A stretch of 64,000 nt of DNA from an uncultured Methanosarcinales archaeon (GTDB lineage: Archaea; Nanobdellota; Nanobdellia; Woesearchaeales; GW2011-AR9): contig CAYFJV010000002.1 in assembly GCA_964343575.1 (NCBI GenBank), forward strand, positions 195,585 to 259,584. Direction: 5' to 3'. Positions 37,993-47,537 of this stretch are shown in pieces. The first letter of the stretch is position 1; each line of letters starts with the position of its first letter. Made by a program: the position numbers and the translations under genes. The notes beneath the pieces are model-generated. The model worked only from the letters and a program-made list of their open reading frames with translations. It was not told the origin of the DNA and ran no database searches.

Positions 37993-40900
37993 TGGTTAGG
38001 ATGAAAATGGCTAGGAAAACTTTCCTTCGTTATTTTGCACTCTTTGTTATCGTTTTATTCTTGAATCTTCCTGTAGTTAGTGCTTTGCAGATATCGGGAG
38101 TACAAAGTAGTGGTGTTACACATAGTGATGCTATCATTAATTGGGAAACAGATGAGGCTGCGGACAGTGTTGTTCGTTATGGAACTGATCCTGCTGCGTT
38201 GAGTAGTTTTGTTTCAGGAAGCAGCTTGGTGACTGAACATAATGTTGGTTTGGGTGGGCTTGATCCTGAGAGTGAATATTTCTTTGAAGTAGAAAGCGGT
38301 GGAGTGGTTGATGATAATGCTGGTGCTTATTACTCTTTTATGACTTTGGCTGATCCTGCTGCTGCTGTCCTTGTTGATGATACTGACTTAGATGTGGATG
38401 TTGAAGAGGAAGCTGCTGAGATTGATGATGAACCTACTGTTGTTGGTGATATTTTAGTTAGTTTGGATATTCCTGAGATTATTGCTGGTATAGATTTAGA
38501 TTTTAGTGGAAGCACTACTGAAGGAGCCGACGTTCGTCTTTATGTTAATGGGCAGTTTCACTCAAAAGTTGTTGCTGGAGTTGGAGGGGGCTTTTCTTTT
38601 ACACAGATAGATCTTCTCGCAAATGAGTATAATGTTATTGAAGTTGAAGCAACGCTTGGAGAGTCGGTTGCACTGGCTGTGGCAACGGTGTTTAGCGATG
38701 CAACTCGACCTGAATTGACTTTAGATCCTGTTCCTTTACATATTTTTGATGATGAGCTCGTACTGAGCGGTTCTGTAAGTGAAGAGACTACTATCGTTTT
38801 GGAGATTAATGGCGCGCGCGTTTTTGATACAGTTGGGACTAGTTTTTCTTTTGAAGTAAAACATCTTGATGAAGGAGAGAACGACTTTGTCTTAACTGCT
38901 ACTGATGTTGCCGGCTTTACTGCAGTGGAAGATTTTGTTGTGATTGTGGATACTATGAACCCTGATGTTGAGGCAGTAATCGAAAAGGGAAATGAATACT
39001 ACCAAGGAAGTTCTTTTGGCACTTTGAGTGATCCTAGTTTGGATAGCAGAACAACAACTGATATCTCTGGAACAACCGAGGCTGGCGCTGAGTTGTTTCT
39101 TTTTGTGTACAAACAGCTTGCTTATGAGTATGCTCCAACTTTTGATGATCCAGTTGCTAGTGTTTTTGCTGATGCTGAAGGGAATTTTGTTTTCGAAGAT
39201 ATTAATTTTGCAGTTGACTTACCGAGTTTGGATGACTTCACTGCCATTGTTGTTCCACCTGAATTGGAAGGAGTTTCTGTTGTCCCTGAAACTGCAATAG
39301 AGCAGGCGCAGACTTTGAATTATCATTTTTTTATTGTTGCAGTAGATGTTGCTGGAAGAACTGGATCTTGGAGAGAGATTGTGCAAGTGCATACTTGTTA
39401 TTCCGAAAACTTTGATTTTCAAATAACTAATCTGCCAGAATTTCAACGTCCTTACCGATTAGATCCAGGACTTCTTGACGATGGAAGAGAAGAAGCTCAT
39501 GCTGTTTTTGAGCTTGAATATCGAGGAGATGGTTATACTCCTTCTGGAGTGAGTGGGCCAACTTCTGATACACCTTACAAGATAAATAATGTTGAGTTTC
39601 AAGAAGCTTGTACACAATCTATGCTTGAAGGAGATGATATTTTTGCGCTTGGTTGTAACATCTTACCAAGCACACCAAGTGAAGTTTTAGCAAACCCTGA
39701 TGCAAGCGCCCATTATTTGACTTGGAGATTGTTTAGCTCAGAAAAATTTAGTGATACTGATGATGATTTTTGGAATGAATACCAAGATAGAACACTTAAG
39801 TTTCCTTTGAAGGTGAGCGTAAAATATCAAGAGTATGACGCGCAAGGAAATTTGGGGCCTTCACAAACGCAAAGCAGTTGTTATGATCTTGTTTATCATG
39901 TTGATATCCCTTTGGAAAGTGAGAAACTGATTCCTGATGTTTTAGCTGAGGATGCTGCAGCAGTTATCAATAAAACTTTGGAAGCTCTTGATACCATTTT
40001 GCCTTATGTAGAAAAGGCAGTCTTGGTCACTGGGATTAGTTGTTTTGTTTCTTTGGGAGTAAAAACTGTGGTTCGTTTTGCTCGTATCTTTGCTTCTAAA
40101 GCAGAAGTGATTAGTGGGCAAGCCGAAGTTGTTGCGGGTACAAAAAATGCAAATGAAGTTTGCCCCCTAGATCAAAGTGGCTTATACCTTGAGAAGACTA
40201 GAAACCATTGGGATGATTTGAAGGGCCAGAATGGTTATGTTGGTGGTAGTAAGCATGCAGTTAATGAAGAGAATGGCCTTCCTTCTGGTTTTGATTCTTC
40301 AAATAATGAGCAGTATCTAGAAGAGCGTTGTCCGCAAACCGCAAGCATGTGGAAAGCTGAAGCAATTCTTGATGATGCTTATCTTTGGACTTGTGATCGT
40401 TTCTTGTGCCGGGCAGTTCCTGCAAAGTGGACAGAAGATGAGCAAAAACCTCGAGTTGATGCGGCTTATTTGAGTCAGCAAGCTTGCGCTGTAACTGCTG
40501 GTTGTACTCCTCTTCGAAAATTTGAAAGTTGTGAAAAACATGTTAAAGACACCCAAGGCGGAGTTTTACCAGCGACGGTTCCTAGTGGAACTTATCAATG
40601 TTGGGAAAAAACAGGTAGTGAACTCCCCCTGGCAGGTGAGTTTGTTGCCAACCTTTACTACAAACCAAGTGATCCTAGCTTTCAAGATAATGCTTTGCTT
40701 GATAAAGGAGTTGTTCGTTTGCAAAGAGCGAGTGGTACTATTAGTACTTCTCCAGATCTGTTAGATAAAGATTCTATTCTTGCTTACCAGGAACCTGGCT
40801 CTGATAATTTATGTGGCGCGCAAGACTTTAGTTGTAGTCAAGTTTGTGCTCGAAACCAGGCGGGAAGCTACACTGCGGTGGAAGATGGTTGGAACCCAGG

Positions 40901-43568
40901 AAACCTTGATCCTACTGCCAGCGCCCCGGGAACTGTTGCAAGCACTGGTGCTTGTTATAAGCAAACGCTTGATGCTGCCACTGGAGAGACCATCTTGGTT
41001 GATGGAAAAGGAGAAGTGCTTAATGGTAGAGATAAGTATGCAGCAGGTTTTACTAACGATTGTTTTGTAGGTAATGATAAAGAAATGTATCAGTGTGTTT
41101 GTCAGGGAGAACCAACTAAGCAACTTCATGTTGGTAAAAGGACTGCGGCGCCGAAAGATACAGACTCAAATTTTGCTGAAAAGTATAGCTACAGGCAAGA
41201 TCGATTGTACCAGGAAAGTAATGGAGTTATGGGAACTTATTATCCTGAATGGCGTTATTATGTTGGAAGAGATGTTTCTGGAGCCTTTGGCTTTAATCAC
41301 ATTAGTGATTACTTCCGTCCTGATGAGCAAAAGAAGTTTCCAGAGATCAATCCAAAAACTCAGCCGATTTCAACTTGGCAGGCACTTTGTTTGAGCGGTA
41401 TTTACAATCAACTTCGTATGGTACAAAGTATTTTGCAAGGACTTGGTACTTGTATTGAAGAAGCGAAGTATACTGGGCTTAAGGATGCTGGTATGTGTAA
41501 AACTTTGTTCACGCAACATGTTTGTGGTTTGTTCTACAAAGTGATTGCAGCAGGTCAAAGTCAGTGTACGCCAAGCCACTTCCAGGATGCTAGTTTTAAA
41601 GGTGATGATGGTTTAGGAGCCTACTTTAGTGCAGGGACTGATTCATTCTATGAAGCACTTGATAGTGGCTTTGATGATTTAGAAAATACTTATGGAAATG
41701 CGCAGTTAACTAACTACTTTGGGGCCGGTGTGCAAGGATTTACTGAATCTATGTGTTTGGCAGCCTTTGGTTTTGATTTTCCAATTGGTAATGATTTTAT
41801 CATGGATACTGCCTATAGTGTTTCAAGTAAGACTAGTGCTTTGGTATTGCCTGCAACTCGCGAGTTCTCTCACTATAACCCAGCGAGTCTTACTGCGGTG
41901 TATAATTATGAGGTTGGCGCTGCAGTATTCCCTGGATGTAAAGTTGCTCGTTATGATACTTTACTTCGTTGTGTGAATACTGAGGATCTTCAGTATCCGG
42001 GAGTTGTTTGCGAGAGTGGGCAGTGTGATTGTTTGAACGCTTTTGAACAGTCTCCATTTGAGAGCGAGCGTGAAATTTTACTTCCAGGAGGTTCTGGTTT
42101 CCAAATGGATTCGGGAGCAATGATTGATCTTCCAATTGAAGTTCCTCAAAAGATTGACAAGCACTTCAGGTATGATCATGTTGTTGTTCGTATGACTTTG
42201 GAACCGGGCTATGAACAAGAAGATTGTTTCGAACCAGGCCAGTATTGGGGAGATAATGGGGGTGTGTTCTATTATCCAATCACTGATGTTACTCCTGGAA
42301 CGCTTAGTTGTCAGGTTGAATCAACAACTGGACAATACAGTTGCTCTGCGCTGAGTGATATCTTTTATGGAGGAAGCTTTGCTTTCTTAGAGGCACCTTA
42401 CTTGGCTTGTTATGATAAAAATAGTGGGCTTTATCGTGAATGTAACACTCCAAATTTGTTTACCTTGGATGGTGCGGATGATATTAAGTTCAAAACTTAC
42501 ATGAACACAGATGACAAAGGGTATTGCTTAGAAGTTGAGACTACTGGGACAGGCGTTACTTATGGTACGCAACGTATTTTGATTCCAAAAGGAAGCACTG
42601 GACAACGTCAACCAGAGATTAGTTTGGGACCAGTTACTTCAGCAATGTTTGGAGCGCAAATTTTGGGTCTTGAGGCAGAAAGTAGTAGTGCACTTACTTG
42701 TCCAGCTTTCTTAACTGGCACTGCAGTTGGAAGCCCGATTGGTGATGGAGTTCGTGTACAATTTACTTACGAGTACAACACTGGTGGCTTTAAGGTTAGG
42801 GAGGCTAGTGGAAGTAAAGATATTTCTATTCGATCTAGCGGCTACAGTTTCAAAACTGATGGAACTATTGTACGGGACATTGATGGGATCACTATTTTAC
42901 CTCTTAGTGAGATTAATGGGCTTGAGTTTGAAGTTGGTGGTGTTTCCTTTAAGGGGATACTTGGTAGTTCTGCAGTAGGGAACGGTGCTTGTAATTACCG
43001 GGTGCAAGATTCTGATCCTGCAAGCGGTGGCAATGAGCGAACGATCAGTGTTACTGCAAGACTTTTAGAGACTGATCCTTTGGGTGGTTGTTACTCTGCA
43101 AGTGAGCCAGTGGTGGCAAGCAGTTCACTCGGAAGGTCAAGCGCGGAAACTCAAATTTTGATTCAGCAAAGTGTGAGTGCAACAGGTGTTACAAGTCCTC
43201 TTCATACTGTCTTTGTTACTGGAGATTATGTACAAACACAAACGCTTGCTGAGCAGCAGATCTTAGCTAGCGATGGAACTCTTGATGAAGTAATTGGAAT
43301 TTATTATTTTGTAGCAGCTACTATCGCTCCTCATGGACCAGTTTGGGCAAGTTCTGCGCCAGTGGTTGATAGTGTTAAAGTCTTGCTTGATCGTTTCTTC
43401 TTGAGAAGAGATGCGGGAGGAGTTACACTTTCCATGTTTGATGAGACGACTGTGCAGAATACTGCGGAATTCCAAAGCGTTCGAATGTACCTTTGTAGCA
43501 TTGCTGATGATATTGGGGTGAAGGCAGAGTATGGGCCGGGTGCTGTGCCGGGGTATTATTGTCCTTAG
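37992..43568 (+). CDS. Giant (1858 aa) secreted protein: FN3-like N-terminus, Ig-like repeats, Cys-rich C-terminal region
   Basis: Sec signal; FN3/PAP-N motif (INWETDE...VRYGT...HNVGLGGLDPESEYFFEVES); Ig motifs (LDEGENDFVLTATDVAG, IVDTMNP); many Cys; start overlaps the upstream stop. Confidence 0.8.
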   Translation: MVRMKMARKTFLRYFALFVIVLFLNLPVVSALQISGVQSSGVTHSDAIINWETDEAADSVVRYGTDPAALSSFVSGSSLVTEHNVGLGGLDPESEYFFEVESGGVVDDNAGAYYSFMTLADPAAAVLVDDTDLDVDVEEEAAEIDDEPTVVGDILVSLDIPEIIAGIDLDFSGSTTEGADVRLYVNGQFHSKVVAGVGGGFSFTQIDLLANEYNVIEVEATLGESVALAVATVFSDATRPELTLDPVPLHIFDDELVLSGSVSEETTIVLEINGARVFDTVGTSFSFEVKHLDEGENDFVLTATDVAGFTAVEDFVVIVDTMNPDVEAVIEKGNEYYQGSSFGTLSDPSLDSRTTTDISGTTEAGAELFLFVYKQLAYEYAPTFDDPVASVFADAEGNFVFEDINFAVDLPSLDDFTAIVVPPELEGVSVVPETAIEQAQTLNYHFFIVAVDVAGRTGSWREIVQVHTCYSENFDFQITNLPEFQRPYRLDPGLLDDGREEAHAVFELEYRGDGYTPSGVSGPTSDTPYKINNVEFQEACTQSMLEGDDIFALGCNILPSTPSEVLANPDASAHYLTWRLFSSEKFSDTDDDFWNEYQDRTLKFPLKVSVKYQEYDAQGNLGPSQTQSSCYDLVYHVDIPLESEKLIPDVLAEDAAAVINKTLEALDTILPYVEKAVLVTGISCFVSLGVKTVVRFARIFASKAEVISGQAEVVAGTKNANEVCPLDQSGLYLEKTRNHWDDLKGQNGYVGGSKHAVNEENGLPSGFDSSNNEQYLEERCPQTASMWKAEAILDDAYLWTCDRFLCRAVPAKWTEDEQKPRVDAAYLSQQACAVTAGCTPLRKFESCEKHVKDTQGGVLPATVPSGTYQCWEKTGSELPLAGEFVANLYYKPSDPSFQDNALLDKGVVRLQRASGTISTSPDLLDKDSILAYQEPGSDNLCGAQDFSCSQVCARNQAGSYTAVEDGWNPGNLDPTASAPGTVASTGACYKQTLDAATGETILVDGKGEVLNGRDKYAAGFTNDCFVGNDKEMYQCVCQGEPTKQLHVGKRTAAPKDTDSNFAEKYSYRQDRLYQESNGVMGTYYPEWRYYVGRDVSGAFGFNHISDYFRPDEQKKFPEINPKTQPISTWQALCLSGIYNQLRMVQSILQGLGTCIEEAKYTGLKDAGMCKTLFTQHVCGLFYKVIAAGQSQCTPSHFQDASFKGDDGLGAYFSAGTDSFYEALDSGFDDLENTYGNAQLTNYFGAGVQGFTESMCLAAFGFDFPIGNDFIMDTAYSVSSKTSALVLPATREFSHYNPASLTAVYNYEVGAAVFPGCKVARYDTLLRCVNTEDLQYPGVVCESGQCDCLNAFEQSPFESEREILLPGGSGFQMDSGAMIDLPIEVPQKIDKHFRYDHVVVRMTLEPGYEQEDCFEPGQYWGDNGGVFYYPITDVTPGTLSCQVESTTGQYSCSALSDIFYGGSFAFLEAPYLACYDKNSGLYRECNTPNLFTLDGADDIKFKTYMNTDDKGYCLEVETTGTGVTYGTQRILIPKGSTGQRQPEISLGPVTSAMFGAQILGLEAESSSALTCPAFLTGTAVGSPIGDGVRVQFTYEYNTGGFKVREASGSKDISIRSSGYSFKTDGTIVRDIDGITILPLSEINGLEFEVGGVSFKGILGSSAVGNGACNYRVQDSDPASGGNERTISVTARLLETDPLGGCYSASEPVVASSSLGRSSAETQILIQQSVSATGVTSPLHTVFVTGDYVQTQTLAEQQILASDGTLDEVIGIYYFVAATIAPHGPVWASSAPVVDSVKVLLDRFFLRRDAGGVTLSMFDETTVQNTAEFQSVRMYLCSIADDIGVKAEYGPGAVPGYYCP

Positions 43569-43617
43569 GAAGAAAATATTTTTGGGCTTAGAATAAGAGA
43601 AAAAAATAGAAGAAAAA

Positions 43618-44205
43618 ATGCAAAGAGAACAAAGAAGGAAGCTTTTTTTTGGAAATAAAAATGGGGAATTAGCTAAAGAGGCTCTTTTGATGCTTGTTAC
43701 TGTTGTACTGACAAGTGCCCTGGTATTTTCCCTTTTGCACTTTGGAATTCTTAAAGTTGATGGAAGTGCGACTCATCAAGATATCTTGAACACAGAATTT
43801 TTACCTTTTGATCGTGGAGGTGAGCTTGCCGTTAAGAATTTTCGTTTTTGCAACGAAGTGAGCAGTGAGCTTGGTTGTATGAGTGTGCAAGAAAGCTTTA
43901 TTCTAGGGGAGGAAGTGCACTTTTTCTTTGAAGTGATGAGCACCGTGTACAATGGAGATCTTTTACTTGTTGAGAATTATGAATTGGTTGCTCCAGATGG
44001 AAGAGTTATTCTTGCAATAGATGAGAAGAATGATTTTTACTTTGAAACTACCAGCTCTTCGAGTAGAGAAATAGTTTATTTTGATGATTATTTTGTGCTT
44101 GGAGCAAGTGAAGATCCCGGGATTTATACTTTGAATGTTGTAATTAAAAATCCTATTATTGACAAGCAAATTGTTTTGAGTGAACAATTTAGTGCGGTAG
44201 GTTAA
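43618..44205 (+). CDS. Membrane-anchored protein with possible class III signal and Ig-like domain
   Basis: NKNG-ELAKEALLMLVTVVLTSALVF; C-terminal PGIYTLNVVIKN Ig-like strand. Confidence 0.65.
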   Translation: MQREQRRKLFFGNKNGELAKEALLMLVTVVLTSALVFSLLHFGILKVDGSATHQDILNTEFLPFDRGGELAVKNFRFCNEVSSELGCMSVQESFILGEEVHFFFEVMSTVYNGDLLLVENYELVAPDGRVILAIDEKNDFYFETTSSSSREIVYFDDYFVLGASEDPGIYTLNVVIKNPIIDKQIVLSEQFSAVG

Positions 44206-44255
44206 AGAGTATGTTGTTTAGTTGTGTTTACATGCTTAAACGAAGGTAATGAATT

Positions 44256-45560
44256 ATGGCTTATATTGAAGACATTAAGGCTTTGGAAATTTTAGATAGT
44301 CGAGGACATCCTACTTTAGAAGTTACTGTTTTTACTGAAGGAGGAGCGTTCTCTGCGTCTGTGCCAAGTGGGGCTTCTACTGGGAAGTACGAGGCGAAAG
44401 AATTGCGTGATGGTGGGAGACGTTATTTTTCTTTAGGTGTTCGTAAGGCGGTGCAGGTTATTGAGAAAAAGATTGCTCCTCGCTTGAGAGGGATGTCGGT
44501 GTTTACTCAGAGCGAAATTGATCTTTTGTTAGTAGATTTAGATCATAGTAAAGGAAAAGGGCGTTTTGGTGCGAACGCTTTACTTGCAGTAAGTTTAGCT
44601 TGCGCTAGAGCAGGAGCGCATCATCATGGTTTGCCTTTGTTTGCTTACCTTTGGCAATTGAGTGATTTTGGGGGCTCAGTTCGCGGAGGAAACTTGCGCA
44701 TGCCTCAATTGTATATGAATGTACTTAATGGGGGAAAGCACGCAGGAAATAAGCTTGCCATTCAAGAGTTTATGATTGTTCCTCAGTCAAGTAGTTTTGC
44801 AAAAAACTTGCAGATAGCATCGGAAGTGTATCATGCTCTTGGAAATCTGATTGAGAGAGAGTATGGTTCTGTCTATCGCTCGGTTGGGGATGAAGGGGGT
44901 TTTGCTCCACCGATTCGTGATCCTGAAGAGGCTTTAGATCTTTTGAAAAAGGCTGTTCGAAAAGCAGGTTATTCTTTGAGCAAAGTTCGTTTTGCTCTTG
45001 ATTGTGCTGCATCAGAGTTTTATTCTGAGAAACGGCGACCTGGAAAGGGAAGTGCTTACCTTTTGTCTTATCAGTTGCATAAGAAGTTTAGTCCTGGGGC
45101 TTTGCAAGAATATTATCTTAAGCTTGTTAAGAAGTATAAGCTGGTCTCACTTGAAGATCCTTTTGAGCAGGAAGATTTTTCGAATTTTGCGGAGCTTCGA
45201 GCTGCATTGCGAAAAAAGAAGTTGAAATGTCAAATTGTTGGCGACGATCTTACCGTTACCAATGTTGATCGTATTGAGAAAGCTGCTGATGCTGGAAGTT
45301 GTGATTGTCTTTTGTTGAAAATGAATCAGATTGGAACACTTAGCGAGGCGCTTGGGGCTGCTCGAGTTGCTCGTGATGCAGGATGGAAGGTTATGGTGAG
45401 TCATCGTAGTGGAGAGACTTGTGATAGTTTTATTGCAGATTTGGCTGTTGGGTTGGGTTGTGGTATGATTAAAGCAGGCGCTCCAAGTCGAGGTGAGCGG
45501 GTTGCTAAGTATAATCAGTTGCTTAGGATTGAGCGCTACAAAAAAATTCACTGCTTGTGA
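44256..45560 (+). CDS. eno: Enolase
   Basis: EILDSRGHPT, VPSGASTG, GDEGGFAP, DCAASEFY, GDDLTVTN and SHRSGET motifs. Confidence 0.98.
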   Translation: MAYIEDIKALEILDSRGHPTLEVTVFTEGGAFSASVPSGASTGKYEAKELRDGGRRYFSLGVRKAVQVIEKKIAPRLRGMSVFTQSEIDLLLVDLDHSKGKGRFGANALLAVSLACARAGAHHHGLPLFAYLWQLSDFGGSVRGGNLRMPQLYMNVLNGGKHAGNKLAIQEFMIVPQSSSFAKNLQIASEVYHALGNLIEREYGSVYRSVGDEGGFAPPIRDPEEALDLLKKAVRKAGYSLSKVRFALDCAASEFYSEKRRPGKGSAYLLSYQLHKKFSPGALQEYYLKLVKKYKLVSLEDPFEQEDFSNFAELRAALRKKKLKCQIVGDDLTVTNVDRIEKAADAGSCDCLLLKMNQIGTLSEALGAARVARDAGWKVMVSHRSGETCDSFIADLAVGLGCGMIKAGAPSRGERVAKYNQLLRIERYKKIHCL

Positions 45561-45639
45561 ATTTTTTGTTCAAAGAAGGCGTGGCCTTCTTGAACAAGCA
45601 ATCTGTGATTGCTTTGTTCCGAAAATGTTTACATTTTCG
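45540..45639. repeat. Array of four tandem palindromes overlapping the eno stop
   Basis: caaaaaattcac/gtgaattttttg; agaaggc-gtg-gccttct; aagcaatc-tgt-gattgctt; cgaaaatg-ttta-cattttcg. Confidence 0.75.
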
Positions 45640-45698
45640 TTACATTAAAGAAGGTCAAGAATCTTTTAGAAGAAAAAAGAGATGAGCTGGTGTAAGTT

Positions 45699-47456
45699 AT
45701 GAAGGGAAGGAGGAGTTTATTGCTTGGACTTTTGTTTTGTTGCAGTTTGTTCTTAGTTTTGCCTCTTGCGAGTGCTGCAGAGTTTTACTACAGTGATGAT
45801 GTTGCTGGTAACGTTGTTTTAGCAATGAGTGAGCTTTCTGATGGAGATTTATTCTTTCTCTTTCTTGGGGGGACCGAAGAAGTGTTTGATTCTTCCTTGT
45901 ATGAAGTGGGCGTTGATGGAATAGATCATCTTTCCAGTGATGAACTTCTTTCTTGGGGAGCTGATGTGACTGGAGTTGTTCTGAATCCGCTTTCAAGTGG
46001 TTATTTTATTCAGGATTATTTCGATGATTTTGGTGCAGAGATAATCTTCTTGGATAAGACATATGAGAGAGAAGTTTTTAGTGTCTTTTCAGAACATCGT
46101 CTTATCAATGGGGACAGATTTTATCTGGATGGTTCTTTGAGTCCCACATTTTATGATGGTTATGAAGGAACTTATGAGCAACAGGCAGAAGGGATGTATG
46201 ATCGCGACGGTGGATACTTGTATCTCTTTGGAGAGAGTGTGAAAGCAATTGTCTATGATCCTGACCCACACTGTAGTGATCTTGCTTGCCAGTACAATTC
46301 TATGCTTGTTGGTAGCTCAGAAGTGGAAGTTGTCTTTTTGGATGTTGACTGGGGAGAATTCTTTCTGGGAGATTATTTTCCTGAGGAACTTGAAGCTGAA
46401 TCTGGGGAGGAAAGCGTTCGTGGAGGAGCCGGTGCTTCGAAAAGTACAACTATGACAGGCACAGATAGTTCGATCTCTTTAACTACAAGCTCAACAAGTT
46501 CTCCCCCCCAAGCAGCAGTAGAAGAACCTGCTCCTCGAGAGTTTACCGGACTCCTTTGTGATAAAGTTGATATTTGTAGACAATTGCATGAAGTTTGGCA
46601 GGTATTGCACCGTGACGTGTTTCGAGCTCAAGGAGTTGATGAACTTTATTGGAAAGCAGAAGATAGAGATGGTGGTGAGTGGGTTTCTTGGACAACGCTT
46701 TATCCTATTGCTGCAACAGTGACTTATGATGTTTGTGGTGAGCCAGCAAGTGCTTCCTCTTTGGCAGCGCAATATCAAGATGAAATTGAGGCGGCGGTTA
46801 CTGCTCATCCCATTAATGGTTTAGAGCGAGAAGAACAAATTGCACTTACTAAAGCTATCATCGAGCGTGAAAGTAATTTTGAGCCACACGCTATCTCTTT
46901 GACTGGCTGTTCTGGTTTAATGCAAGTGTGTTGGCCTTCAAGTTATATTGCTAATGATAGAGAAGTTGCTTGTTGTCCTGGGGCAGAGCTTGGAGAAGTT
47001 GCTCTTCGTACAAATTGTTTGAATGAGAGAACTGCTTGTGGTGGTTCTATTGCCTGGTGTGCTGAAGGAGGTTATGATTGTAGTCCAAGTACCGATGATC
47101 GCTTGAGTGCAGGACCTAACATCATGGCAGGGACTCAAATCCTTGGAGAAAAGTTTTCCTCTATCGGTAACTGTGGAACTGAACGAGTAAAAGCAGCGAT
47201 TTCTGCCTATAACCTTGGACAAGCAGCCGTTAAAGAAGCAATTAACGCAAATGGCGGGAATTGTAATATCTGGAAAGACGTGTATGCTCATCTTGCGGAT
47301 AATTTTTACGAAGAAGAGAATCGACTTTTTGACCTTCCACCTCAGAATTATTACACTTCCTTTAAGATTGAGAATCAACGAGATGCTTGTGATGCTTATG
47401 TGGGAAGAGTTTACGCTAGTTATCTGGGCTACTTAGAGAATCCTTCTGTGAGTTGA
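45699..47456 (+). CDS. Secreted protein with C-terminal lytic transglycosylase (SLT/GH23-like) domain
   Basis: Signal peptide; S/T linker; motif I KAIIERESNF.P.AIS, motif II GLMQV, NIMAGTQIL, motif III AISAYNLG. Confidence 0.85.
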   Translation: MKGRRSLLLGLLFCCSLFLVLPLASAAEFYYSDDVAGNVVLAMSELSDGDLFFLFLGGTEEVFDSSLYEVGVDGIDHLSSDELLSWGADVTGVVLNPLSSGYFIQDYFDDFGAEIIFLDKTYEREVFSVFSEHRLINGDRFYLDGSLSPTFYDGYEGTYEQQAEGMYDRDGGYLYLFGESVKAIVYDPDPHCSDLACQYNSMLVGSSEVEVVFLDVDWGEFFLGDYFPEELEAESGEESVRGGAGASKSTTMTGTDSSISLTTSSTSSPPQAAVEEPAPREFTGLLCDKVDICRQLHEVWQVLHRDVFRAQGVDELYWKAEDRDGGEWVSWTTLYPIAATVTYDVCGEPASASSLAAQYQDEIEAAVTAHPINGLEREEQIALTKAIIERESNFEPHAISLTGCSGLMQVCWPSSYIANDREVACCPGAELGEVALRTNCLNERTACGGSIAWCAEGGYDCSPSTDDRLSAGPNIMAGTQILGEKFSSIGNCGTERVKAAISAYNLGQAAVKEAINANGGNCNIWKDVYAHLADNFYEEENRLFDLPPQNYYTSFKIENQRDACDAYVGRVYASYLGYLENPSVS

Positions 47457-47537
47457 AGGTGCTTGTGGTTGAGCTTGCTTGTGATTGTGACTTTAAGCAA
47501 GAAATCTTTTTAATTCTCTTTGATTTGCCAAGCTTCT

